Source: an uncultured Coriobacteriaceae bacterium
GTDB lineage: Bacteria > Actinomycetota > Coriobacteriia > Coriobacteriales > Coriobacteriaceae
NCBI GenBank assembly: GCA_944321435.1
Contig: CALULH010000001.1
Location: 252,452-316,451, forward strand
Length of the DNA stretch: 64,000 nucleotides
Reading direction: 5' to 3'
The first letter of the stretch is position 1. Each line of letters opens with the position of its first letter. The notes under the pieces were generated by a model that was not told the origin of the DNA, made no database searches, and saw only the letters and a list, made by a program, of their open reading frames with translations. Made by a program: the position numbers and the translations under genes. Below, piece after piece: positions 20,490 through 30,891 of the stretch.

Positions 20490-20786
20490 CTAACCGAGCA
20501 CCTCGACCTCAACGGATGTTTCCAGTCGCGCGGCAAGGGCGCGCGCAAGCGTGCGGATGGCCTTGATCGTGCGACCGTGCCGGCCAATGACCTTGGCTAC
20601 GTCGCCGTCGGCCACGCTGACCTCGATGACGCTCGAAGCATCGCCGTCGATGACCTCAAGGGACACCTCGTCAGGATTGTCGACCAGTTGGACGACCAGG
20701 TACTCGACAAGGTCGGCGATACGGTCCGAGAGCATGGGCTCCTCGGCCGCCTCCTCCTCGAACTCCAGCGTTTCCTCAGCAGACAC
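20490..20786 (-). CDS. KH domain RNA-binding protein (YlqC family)
   Basis: VIGRHGRTIKAIRTLA KH (GXXG) motif; conserved position between rpsP and rimM. The acidic N-terminal extension depends on the GTG start at 20786; a shorter form from MLSDR is possible. Confidence 0.85.
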   Translation of the reverse strand: MSAEETLEFEEEAAEEPMLSDRIADLVEYLVVQLVDNPDEVSLEVIDGDASSVIEVSVADGDVAKVIGRHGRTIKAIRTLARALAARLETSVEVEVLG

Positions 20787-20791
20787 GCGGG

Positions 20792-21112
20792 TTACTCCTC
20801 AGCGCCCTCGGCGGCAGCGGCCTCCTTGGCGAGCTGCTTCTTGGACTTCTTGACGACGGTCTCGGTCTTGGGGCCCTCCTCGGCGGCCTTCACGAGCGCC
20901 TTGACAGCGTCGGTGAGCTGAGCGCCCTTGGCCTGCCAATCGTTGATCTTCTCGAGGTCCAGATCGATGACCTTGGGGTTGGTCAGCGGGTTGTAGCGGC
21001 CGACCTCCTCGATCAGGCGGCCGTCGCGGGGCGAACGGCTGTTGGCGACGACAACGCGGTAGTACGGACGCTTCTTAGAGCCGTGACGGGCGAGGCGGAT
21101 CTTGACTGCCAA
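20792..21112 (-). CDS. rpsP: 30S ribosomal protein S16
   Basis: [28 protein letters not shown] start at 21112, 6 nt after GGAGGAG. The track ORF is extended upstream. Confidence 0.93.
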   Translation of the reverse strand: MAVKIRLARHGSKKRPYYRVVVANSRSPRDGRLIEEVGRYNPLTNPKVIDLDLEKINDWQAKGAQLTDAVKALVKAAEEGPKTETVVKKSKKQLAKEAAAAEGAEE

Positions 21113-21243
21113 TGAAAACTCCTCCAACCATGCAGCATGAGCTGCAAACCTGAATAAAACGACACGTTTTTGCGCGCGCAGCACTCGCTGGTGAGACGTG
21201 CAACCCGTACGGTCTCTTCGGTAACGCCGCGGTGCAAGCTCAT

Positions 21244-21272
21244 ATATTATGCGCGAGCAGCGCATTCGTCAA
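21244..21272 (-). promoter_or_regulatory. sigma-70-type promoter for the rpsP operon
   Basis: Minus strand reads TTGACG-N17-TAATAT. Predicts a 5' UTR of about 125 nt. Confidence 0.5.
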
Positions 21273-21470
21273 CGAAACCGCATGATTTCCTTCATGGATT
21301 CTGCACGGAGGGAGCGGGCAGCGTGCATAATCGCCCGCGTTTCCGCAGTGCCCTTAAAGAGCCTGCACGCAGCTACTAAAGAGGACTGTGCGTATTTCTC
21401 GCTTGTGCAGGGCGGACACAGCGTTTGCCCAGGTTCCTCTGAGAGCTGAGCAATCTACTCGCAGACACCA

Positions 21471-21479
21471 TGCTATACT
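21471..21479 (+). promoter_or_regulatory. extended -10 (TGcTATACT) immediately upstream of the dinB ATG; implies a leaderless or near-leaderless mRNA
   Basis: TATACT at 21474-21479 ends 6 nt before the ATG at 21486. No Shine-Dalgarno is present. Confidence 0.35.
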
Positions 21480-21485
21480 TCCCCT

Positions 21486-22817
21486 ATGGAGAAACACGAA
21501 CAGACATACGGTTTTCAGCGTTCTGCGCCCGCTGACGCCGGCGGCTCATCCCCGCTGGACGCGCTTCTGGGCGCATGGGACGGCCCGGCCATCGGCCTTA
21601 TGGATCTGGACGCGTTCTTCGCCAGCGTGGAGCAGCTGGATCATCCGGAATGGCGGGGCAAGCCCGTCATCGTGGGCGGGTCTCCTGAGGAGCGCGGGGT
21701 GGTCTCCACGGCCTCCTACGAGGCGCGCCCCTACGGCGTGCACTCCGCTATGAGTTCGGCGCAGGCCAAGCGCCTGTGCCCGCACGCCATCTGGACGCAC
21801 GGGCACTTTGACCGTTACCGCGAGATGAGCGCCCAGATCATAGCCATCCTGGCAGATGAGACGCCCTACGTGGACCAAGTATCCATTGACGAGGCCTTTT
21901 TCGACGTCACGCCGGGACGCTTCTCAGCGGAGCATCCCGTCACCATCGCCCGGCGCATCTCCGACCGCGTGGCCGCCTTGGGCGTTACGTGCTCCATCGG
22001 GCTGGGCCGCAACAAGACCGTGGCGAAGATAGCCAGCGAGCGCGACAAGCCGCGCGGCCTCACCGTGGTCTATCCGGGCACGGAGGCGGCGTTTCTCGCG
22101 CCCTTGCCCGTGGGAGCCGTAAGCGGCATCGGGGCGGCGGCTGAGGCGCGGTTGGCCAAGCGCGGCATCCGCACGGTCGGCCAGCTGGCCCGCGCGCCGC
22201 AACGCGTGCTGCAGGAGGTGTTCGGCGTGAACGGCGAGGCCATGCGCCTGCGCGCCGCCGGGCAGGAGGTTTCGTCCGTCACGGCGATCGACGCGCCGGA
22301 CGACGTTAAATCCGTCAGCAACGAGCGCACCTTCGCGCACGATCTGACCGAGCGCGCAGACGTCGAGGCCGCGCTCGCGCTGTTGGGTGAGTCCGTGGGA
22401 CGCCGATTGCGCCGCAAGGGGCTGGTGGGCCGCACGGTCACCGTCAAGCTGCGCTACACCTACGGCCAGGGCCACACCGCGCAACGCAAGCTCCCCCATC
22501 CCACCGATGACGAGAACCTCTTCGTACCCGCGGCGCGCGAGCTTCTGAACACCATCTGGCACCCCGGTCTGCCCGTGCGGCTGCTGGGCATCGGGATCAG
22601 CGACTTCGATCGGGAAGACGGCGTGCAGACCGACCTCTTCTGCGAGGTGGACGAGCGCGGCGCCGTAGCCAGCAACCGCCGCGACCTCTCCGTCGCCATG
22701 GACCAAGTGCGCGAGCGCTTTGGCAACGCCTCCGTGGGCTTCGGCCGCCAGGCGCGCTTCGGCAAGGACCTGGTGCGCCCGGACAAGTTCCTCAACATGA
22801 ACAAGCCCACGGACTGA
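21486..22817 (+). CDS. dinB: DNA polymerase IV (Y-family)
   Basis: LMDLDAFFASVEQ...GKPVIVGG...SIDEAFFDV motifs. A downstream alternative start cannot be excluded. Confidence 0.9.
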   Translation: MEKHEQTYGFQRSAPADAGGSSPLDALLGAWDGPAIGLMDLDAFFASVEQLDHPEWRGKPVIVGGSPEERGVVSTASYEARPYGVHSAMSSAQAKRLCPHAIWTHGHFDRYREMSAQIIAILADETPYVDQVSIDEAFFDVTPGRFSAEHPVTIARRISDRVAALGVTCSIGLGRNKTVAKIASERDKPRGLTVVYPGTEAAFLAPLPVGAVSGIGAAAEARLAKRGIRTVGQLARAPQRVLQEVFGVNGEAMRLRAAGQEVSSVTAIDAPDDVKSVSNERTFAHDLTERADVEAALALLGESVGRRLRRKGLVGRTVTVKLRYTYGQGHTAQRKLPHPTDDENLFVPAARELLNTIWHPGLPVRLLGIGISDFDREDGVQTDLFCEVDERGAVASNRRDLSVAMDQVRERFGNASVGFGRQARFGKDLVRPDKFLNMNKPTD

Positions 22818-22842
22818 GGAACGTCTAAGCCACCGCACATAA

Positions 22843-22906
22843 AATCGCACCGAAGGCATCAGAATTAGAGGTTCTTAAGCCTGAAATCGATGCTATCAGT
22901 GCAATT
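22843..22906. repeat. hairpin element family 1, degenerate copy 1a (arms aatcgcaccgaaggcatc / gatgctatcagtgcaatt)
   Basis: About 80 percent identical over 65 bp, in the same orientation, to the copy at 23710-23772. The arms pair 14/18. Confidence 0.8.
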
Positions 22907-22919
22907 GAATAGAGCAGAA

Positions 22920-23228
22920 TCAGAGCAGCTGTCTCCAGTTGCGCGACCCATGAAGAATACGCTCGACGTACACTTCTTTATGCTTGTTATCAACAGTGAA
23001 GAACAGAACATAAGACCGCAGTGGTAGCCAACGATACCCCAGAGAGCTGAACATCCTATCCTTTATTGCGGAAAACGCAAAGGGCGTGTTGGCAAGCAAG
23101 GATAAAGACTCTTTGTAATCCTTGAGCATATTCCTCGATGCATTATTGGATCCTGTACGTGCATTGAGATAGGCAAAGGTCTCACGAAGATCCTCTAATG
23201 CAGCCTCAGTCTCAAAGACGGTAAACAT
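22920..23228 (-). CDS. type II toxin, RelE/ParE superfamily (ParE-like)
   Basis: 102 aa; the C-terminal YVLFFTVDNKHKEVYVERILHGSRNW pattern is typical of ParE/RelE-fold toxins. Sits 2 nt downstream of a Phd/YefM antitoxin. AT-rich codon usage unlike the neighbouring genes. Confidence 0.8.
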   Translation of the reverse strand: MFTVFETEAALEDLRETFAYLNARTGSNNASRNMLKDYKESLSLLANTPFAFSAIKDRMFSSLGYRWLPLRSYVLFFTVDNKHKEVYVERILHGSRNWRQLL

Positions 23229-23230
23229 GA

Positions 23231-23494
23231 TCAGAGTCCAAACTCTTCACGTAAACGAGCGACGCCGTCTTCGGCAGGATGAATGCGTCCCTTTATTACA
23301 TCTCGATGACCTTCCGCAAGTTCCTTGCAAAGATCCAACTGCGCCATCAGGCGCTCGTACGCATCCATCCCCATAATGGCCAGATCTCCTGCACCGTTTT
23401 TGGTAACGAAAAGCGCTTCGTCATTTTCGTTGCACCAAGCGGATACATCGTTATATCCGTTACGGAGAGTCGAACTTGAGATAATTTTTGGCAT
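23231..23494 (-). CDS. type II antitoxin, Phd/YefM family
   Basis: MPKIISSSTLRNGYNDVSAW...FVTKNGAGDLAIMGMDAYERL is a Phd/YefM N-terminal fold pattern. Start moved to the second ATG (23494) because AAGGAGG lies inside the longer ORF, 8 nt upstream. An ATATAT-N3-ATATAT motif at 23523-23537 in the promoter region is a possible operator. Confidence 0.8.
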   Translation of the reverse strand: MPKIISSSTLRNGYNDVSAWCNENDEALFVTKNGAGDLAIMGMDAYERLMAQLDLCKELAEGHRDVIKGRIHPAEDGVARLREEFGL

Positions 23495-23709
23495 ATAATC
23501 AACCTCCTTCATCTCTATATGAATATATCACATATATCTTTAATATTTTGGTATTATTCCGAAAACAGTAAGCATGGGCTTCGATGTTAAAAAAGAGGTT
23601 CTGTCACAACGCGCAGTCGGTGTCCTTGCAAAAACACGCGGGATCCCCTGTCCGCCCACGTGTGGAAACGCTGAGAAATCAGCTGCTCATTGTGACAGGG
23701 CCTAAAAAG

Positions 23710-23772
23710 AATCGCACCGATAGCATCAGAATCGGGGCTTAAATGGCCGAAACCGATGCTATCGGTGCGATT
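23710..23772. repeat. hairpin element family 1, copy 1b (perfect 18-bp arms aatcgcaccgatagcatc / gatgctatcggtgcgatt, 27-nt loop)
   Basis: Read directly from the sequence. On the minus strand it is followed by UCUUUUU, so it may also serve as the terminator of the nadD-yqeK-rsfS transcript. Confidence 0.9.
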
Positions 23773-23839
23773 ATTTGGGGGCGGCGCGAGGCGGACGAGA
23801 AGAGCGACGCCTGCGCTGAGGGCGAGAAACGCCTGTCCC

Positions 23840-24190
23840 TTACGCCAAGTCCAGCTCTACGCGGGGGGCGTCGCCCCAAAGGGTCTCCAGGCGGTAGTGG
23901 TCGCGGGTCTCCGGAGTGAAAACGTGCACGATCACGTGGCCGTAGTCCAAAAGCGTCCACTGCCCCTGGGCGCGGCCCTCGATAGAGAAGGGCTTCTCGG
24001 AGCACTTCTCGTACACCAGGTCCTCGATCTCATCGATCACGGCATCGGCCTGGCGGTTGTTGGAAACCGTGCAGATCATGAAGTAATCGGTGACGTCCGA
24101 AATGCCGGTCAGGTCCATCACCACGATATCCTCGGCCTTCTTGTCGAAGGCCGCCTGTGCGGCGACGATCGCCGTCTCACGTGACTCCAA
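23840..24190 (-). CDS. rsfS: ribosome silencing factor RsfS
   Basis: DIVVMDLTGISDVTDYFMICT...WTLLDYGHVIVHVF motifs. TTG start at 24190 behind GAAAGGA; the track ORF is extended. Confidence 0.9.
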   Translation of the reverse strand: MESRETAIVAAQAAFDKKAEDIVVMDLTGISDVTDYFMICTVSNNRQADAVIDEIEDLVYEKCSEKPFSIEGRAQGQWTLLDYGHVIVHVFTPETRDHYRLETLWGDAPRVELDLA

Positions 24191-24378
24191 AACGGTCCTT
24201 TCTGTCGGCGCCGCCTCTGCGCAGCGCATGCAAAACAACACGGTAAGGCAAGTGCGTAACGCACCCATGGTACCCGAGGCGGCCGCGTGCCAGGGCGCAG
24301 CCCGCGCATCCCTCACAAGAACCGCAGGCGAGCGCGCTTCTCGCCCGTCCAACTCCGCCTAACCCGCAGCGGGACGGG

Positions 24379-24999
24379 CTACTTGGCAACCCGCTTCCCG
24401 CGCCGCTCCACATAGGCGTTGTAGACGGTAAGCGTCCCCGGGTAGAGGTACCGGCGCGTCTGGAGCACGTAGCACACGCCCTGCGCCAGGCACTCGAAGA
24501 AGAGCTCCGGAAGCGAGACCTCCCCCACCAGCGTGCGCAGACGGGCGATGTCCTCCCCGTTGCGCATGGGCTCGATGCCGTCGGCGATAAAAACCACCAT
24601 GTCGAGCGGGCTCATATCCACCGCGCCCACCGTATGGCGGTCGACGGCCTGGAAGACCTCCGCCGGCAAGTCCGGAAACCGGTCCGGAAGCTCGCGGGCG
24701 GCAACCGGCCCGTGCAGCAGCGGAAGCACCTGCGTCACCGGCGCGTCGAAGCTGATCCCTAGCTGCACGGCGCGCGCCGCCAGCTCGTCGTCGGGAACCA
24801 CCTTGTCCCAATCGTGCAGAAGGCCCGCCGCGCGGGCGAGAAACTCGTCCACCCCATAGGCGAGCGCCAAGTCCCCGGCGGTGGCGGACACGTTGAGCGA
24901 GTGCTTGAGCCGCCGGGGCTTCACCGCCTCCATGCGCGCGCGCAGCAGCCCCTCGATGCGCGCGAGCTCCGCCACCTGCTCCTCGGTCATCTGACCCAT
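24379..24999 (-). CDS. yqeK: HD-domain bis(5'-nucleosyl)-tetraphosphatase YqeK
   Basis: RLKHSLNVSATAGDLA...GLLHDWDK HD motifs; nadD-yqeK-rsfS context. Confidence 0.85.
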   Translation of the reverse strand: MGQMTEEQVAELARIEGLLRARMEAVKPRRLKHSLNVSATAGDLALAYGVDEFLARAAGLLHDWDKVVPDDELAARAVQLGISFDAPVTQVLPLLHGPVAARELPDRFPDLPAEVFQAVDRHTVGAVDMSPLDMVVFIADGIEPMRNGEDIARLRTLVGEVSLPELFFECLAQGVCYVLQTRRYLYPGTLTVYNAYVERRGKRVAK

Positions 25000-25095
25000 G
25001 CCGTTCCCGCCCTTCCGCGGCCGCAAGCGCAACCGCACTCGTCGTTTCTCAAACCGGCGCGGACACCGTGCTCGGCGCAGCTGCACCCGTTCGCG

Positions 25096-27272
<2,177 letters not shown>

Positions 27273-27377
27273 CTACTCGTTTCGCTCGATTACGTTGCTA
27301 TCCGGCATTCTAGCAGGATGCGCGGACACGTCGCGCAAGCGCACAGTATCCGCGCAGGCTCCCGTTCCCTCCGCACG

Positions 27378-27406
27378 AAAAAAGGCCCCCGGTTCCCCGA
27401 GGGCCT
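27378..27406 (-). terminator. intrinsic terminator downstream of rpmA
   Basis: Minus-strand RNA reads AGGCCC-UCGGGGAACCG-GGGCCU followed by U6. Confidence 0.6.
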
Positions 27407-27458
27407 CAGCGTACGCTTTGCGTCGCGCGGACGCTGCCGGACAGGATCCGACGTGGTT

Positions 27459-27710
27459 TTAAGCGACAGTGCGGACGTGCACGCGGCGCTTAACGCCGTT
27501 GGTGTACTCCACGATGCCGTCAACCTTGGCGAACAGCGTATCGTCCTTACCACGGCCCACGTTCTCACCGGGGTGGAACTTGGTGCCGCGCTGACGAACC
27601 AGCACGGAGCCGGCAGTCACCATCTGGCCGCCGAAACGCTTGCAGCCGAGTCGCTGAGCGTGCGAATCGCGGCCGTTACGGGAGGAACCGAGACCTTTTT
27701 TGTGTGCCAT
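27459..27710 (-). CDS. rpmA: 50S ribosomal protein L27
   Basis: [16 protein letters not shown]. There is no N-terminal propeptide, which fits the absence of a Prp protease gene between rplU and rpmA. Confidence 0.96.
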   Translation of the reverse strand: MAHKKGLGSSRNGRDSHAQRLGCKRFGGQMVTAGSVLVRQRGTKFHPGENVGRGKDDTLFAKVDGIVEYTNGVKRRVHVRTVA

Positions 27711-27750
27711 TGTTATTACCTACTCTCTTACCGTAAGCGTAGAACCTGCG

Positions 27751-28062
27751 TTACGCAGCCTGGATGTCGGTGATCTTGAGCTTGGTGAGCTGCTGACGAT
27801 GACCCTTGGTGCGCTTGTAGCGCTTACGCTTCTGGAACTTGAAGGCAATGACCTTCTCGCCCTTGAACTGATCGAGCACCTCGGCGGTGACCTTGGCGTT
27901 CTCGAGCGTGGCAGCATCGGCAACGATCTTCTTGCCGTCGTTCAGGAAGATGACCGGGAGCTCGACGGTGGCGCCGATCTCCTGGGGCAGCTTCTCGACG
28001 GTGATGACCATGTCCTTGGTGACCTTGTACTGCTTGCCACCGGTTTTGATGATTGCGTACAT
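27751..28062 (-). CDS. rplU: 50S ribosomal protein L21
   Basis: MYAIIKTGGKQYKV start at 28062; the track ORF is extended upstream. Confidence 0.95.
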   Translation of the reverse strand: MYAIIKTGGKQYKVTKDMVITVEKLPQEIGATVELPVIFLNDGKKIVADAATLENAKVTAEVLDQFKGEKVIAFKFQKRKRYKRTKGHRQQLTKLKITDIQAA

Positions 28063-28214
28063 ACCCTTGCCTTTCTTTGCGGTGTGCAATGAACGGTGCG
28101 GGCCCTGGCCGACCAAGCGCGCAACCCGAGCGCCTGGGCTTGCCATGCCCTTTTCCGCAGGAGCCGGCACCGGCCGCCGACTTTTCCATGCGTAAGCCGC
28201 CTTAGCTTGGAACG

Positions 28215-29006
28215 TTAAGCCCCCAGCGGCAGCGGCTCAACAAGGATACCACGTTTATCCTCGATGTTTTGGGAAATGCGCGCTATCTCACAATGCGCAA
28301 AAATCCCATAGGGCGCAACGGCCAGAGGCTCCGCGAGAACGGCGGCGACGGCATCGCGGGGAGCCGCGCCCCCGTTTGCCGCGGCAAGGGCCTTCTCCCA
28401 CGCGCGGATGAGCACCTCGGGGCGCAGGGCCCCCTCTGCGCTTGAGCGCGTATCGAGCGCGAGCTCCCATGTGAGCGCGTCGCGGGCAACGAGCTCGGCG
28501 GACACAAGGGTGCGCGCCAGGCTCATGGTCTTGGTCTTCTTGCCGCGCAGGTACGGGATGCCGTCGGCGGCGCACAAGGCAACAAGCGCGTCGCGGGCCC
28601 GCCCCTCATCGGACGGCGCGCCCTCCTCAAGCGCAAGCACCGCCCGATAGCGCGCCCGGGTAAGCGCCGCCGTGAGCGCCGCGGCTCGCCGGTCCACGTA
28701 GCCGGCGCGCCGCGGCGCGAGATCGGCGGGCGACGCGGCCGCCAGGGCCTCAAGCGCGCGCGGCGCCGGCACGTACGCGGTGAGGAAGACGTCGTACCAT
28801 TCGCAGTCGGAGGCCGTGCCCACCGGCAGCGCCGACGAGAACGCGATCTTCATATGGGGCGAGAAGCCCTGCGTCACGGCGTAGGGCAGCTGCGCGCGGC
28901 GCACGATGCGCTCGACCGTGTGGATGAGCTCCAGATGCCCCAGGTAGCGCAGGCGACCCTGCTTGACGTACTCCACGCGCAAGCGGAAGAGGTTCTCCTC
29001 GTTCAT
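28215..29006 (-). CDS. radical SAM-linked protein, DUF2344 / TIGR03936 type
   Basis: RLRVEYVKQGRLRYLGHLELIHTVERIVRRAQLPYAVTQGFSPHMKI is the characteristic N-terminus of this family. Translationally coupled (ATGA) to the upstream radical SAM gene. Confidence 0.8.
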   Translation of the reverse strand: MNEENLFRLRVEYVKQGRLRYLGHLELIHTVERIVRRAQLPYAVTQGFSPHMKIAFSSALPVGTASDCEWYDVFLTAYVPAPRALEALAAASPADLAPRRAGYVDRRAAALTAALTRARYRAVLALEEGAPSDEGRARDALVALCAADGIPYLRGKKTKTMSLARTLVSAELVARDALTWELALDTRSSAEGALRPEVLIRAWEKALAAANGGAAPRDAVAAVLAEPLAVAPYGIFAHCEIARISQNIEDKRGILVEPLPLGA

Positions 29007-30880
29007 CGGCGCACCTCCATGATCTTGTTCTCAACGCCCAACGTGGGGCAGATGCCGCAGCCCGTGCAGCTGGCGCGCGTGCAGTCGGGGGTCGTCTGGG
29101 CATCGCAGGCGCGCCGGTACTCGCGCTCAAGGTAGCCCTGGCTCACGCCCGGGGAGGTGTGCTCCCAGGGGAGGCGCTGCCCTATGCGGTACGGCGCGCA
29201 GGCCACCTGGTCCAAGTCGATACCGCACGCCTCGGCCGCGGCGCGCCAGGTGCCGAGGTCGAAGTGCTCGGTCCATGCATCGAACCGGGCGCCGCGGGCC
29301 CACGCCTCCTGGATGAGGGGCGCGATGTCGCGCCCGCCGCGTGAAAGCACGGCCTCGAGAAGCGACACGTCGGCATCGTGGTAATGCACGCGCACGTTGC
29401 GGTGGCGCACGCTGTGGATGAGCAGCTGCTGGCGGCGCTTGACCTCGTCGCGGTCCAGCTGGCCCTCCCATTGGAAGGGCGTGTGCGCCTTGGGCACGAA
29501 GACCGAAACCGACACGGAGACCGACACCGACCCGCGCTGGCTCTTGGGCACGACCTCCTGGGCCAGGTCGATCACGTGGTCGGCCAAGCGCGCGATGCCC
29601 CTGATGTCGTCATCGGTCTCGGTGGGCAGCCCCATCATGAAGTAGAGCTTGGCGCGGCGCCAACCGGCCTCGAAAGCCGCCCTCATGGCGCGGTCCAGGT
29701 CCTCCTCGGTCACGTTCTTGTTGATGACGTCGCGCAGGCGCTGGGATCCGGCCTCGACGGCGAAGGTGAGGCCCCCCTTCTTGCCGCCGGCCACGGCCTC
29801 GGCCATCTCGACGTCAAAGGAGTCCAAGCGCTGGGACGGGATGGAGACCGAGATGCCGGTGTCGGCCAAGCGCTCGTTCAGGCGGTCGAGCATCCGCTCG
29901 CACTGCGAGTGATCGGTGGTCGAAAGCGACGTAAGCGAGACCTCGTCGTAGCCTGTCCGCTCCAACCCGCGCGCAACGGCGGCCACCACCTGGTCGGCCG
30001 AACGCTCGCGGACGGGACGGTAGGTGATGCCCGCCTGGCAGAAGCGGCATCCGCGCGCGCAGCCGCGCAGCACCTCTATGGAAAGGCGGTCGTGAACGAG
30101 CTCGGCGTACGGCACCACCGACTGCGCAAGGGGGTCGGTGGCGGCGAAATCGGCCGCAACCCGCTTGTAAACGATCCCGGGGGCCGCGCTGCCCTCCTTG
30201 GGAACCGCGAAGCCGTGCGGCGCCGTCTCGGCGTCGAAGGCCACGTCGTAAAGAGCCGGCACGTAGGTGCCGGGTATGCGCGCTAAGAGCGCGAGCCGCT
30301 CCCGGCGCGGCAGCCTCGCGTCGCGCGACCGCTCGAGCTCGCGGCACACCTCGACGATATGCTCCTCGCCCTCCCCGATCAGGAAGGCGTCGATGAAGGG
30401 CGCGAGCGGCTCGGGGTTGTAAACCGAGGGGCCGCCGGCGATGACGATGGGATCATCCTCGCCGCGGTCCGCCGAAAGCTGCGGGATGCCCGCCAGATCG
30501 AAGGCCTCCAGGTAATTGGTGGCGGCCATCTCGTGGGGCACGTGCATGCCCAGCACGTCGAAGGCGCGTACGGGCGCGGCGCCCTCGAGCGACAGCAGCG
30601 GAACGCCGGCGGCGCGCATCTTGTCCGCCATGTCGGTCCAAGGCAGGTAGCCGCGCTCGCAGGAGATGCCCTCCTGCGCGTTGAGGACACGGTACAGGAT
30701 GGCGATGCCCTGGTTGGGCAGGCCCACCTCGTACGTGTCCGGGTACATGAGGCACACGCGGAAGCGCGCCTCGCGTTTGGCGAGCACGCCCCATTCGTGG
30801 TCGATGTAGCGGCTGGGCTTCTCGACTTGGGGCAGCAACGGCTCGATCAGATGGAAGAGATCCTCGTAGGCTGGTCGCAT
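29003..30880 (-). CDS. B12-binding-domain radical SAM protein, TIGR03960 type
   Basis: IEVLRGCARGCRFCQAG CxxxCxxC cluster. The N-terminus KPSRYIDHEWGV...CLMYPDTYEVGLPNQG is typical of the family. Start MRPAYEDLF at 30880; the track ORF is extended. Confidence 0.85.
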   Translation of the reverse strand: MRPAYEDLFHLIEPLLPQVEKPSRYIDHEWGVLAKREARFRVCLMYPDTYEVGLPNQGIAILYRVLNAQEGISCERGYLPWTDMADKMRAAGVPLLSLEGAAPVRAFDVLGMHVPHEMAATNYLEAFDLAGIPQLSADRGEDDPIVIAGGPSVYNPEPLAPFIDAFLIGEGEEHIVEVCRELERSRDARLPRRERLALLARIPGTYVPALYDVAFDAETAPHGFAVPKEGSAAPGIVYKRVAADFAATDPLAQSVVPYAELVHDRLSIEVLRGCARGCRFCQAGITYRPVRERSADQVVAAVARGLERTGYDEVSLTSLSTTDHSQCERMLDRLNERLADTGISVSIPSQRLDSFDVEMAEAVAGGKKGGLTFAVEAGSQRLRDVINKNVTEEDLDRAMRAAFEAGWRRAKLYFMMGLPTETDDDIRGIARLADHVIDLAQEVVPKSQRGSVSVSVSVSVFVPKAHTPFQWEGQLDRDEVKRRQQLLIHSVRHRNVRVHYHDADVSLLEAVLSRGGRDIAPLIQEAWARGARFDAWTEHFDLGTWRAAAEACGIDLDQVACAPYRIGQRLPWEHTSPGVSQGYLEREYRRACDAQTTPDCTRASCTGCGICPTLGVENKIMEVRR

Positions 30881-30891
30881 GGGGGCCTTTC

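Noticed and set aside
23574-23705. A 43-aa ORF (MGFDVKKEVLSQRAVGVLAKTRGIPCPPTCGNAEKSAAHCDRA) next to the TA cassette, lying within a 105-bp segment bounded by the inverted repeat ctgtcacaa / ttgtgacag.
   Set aside because: It has no ribosome-binding site, it is below any reliable coding-signal length, and it crosses from AT-rich into GC-rich sequence. It may be a remnant of a disrupted gene or of another small palindromic element. Not supportable as a gene from sequence alone.
22843-23772. Identification of the flanking hairpins as genuine integron attC sites.
   Set aside because: The arms lack the RYYYAAC / GTTRRRY core sites, and no intI-type integrase or attI is present in the window. The cassette-like analogy is kept only as a structural comparison in the finding.
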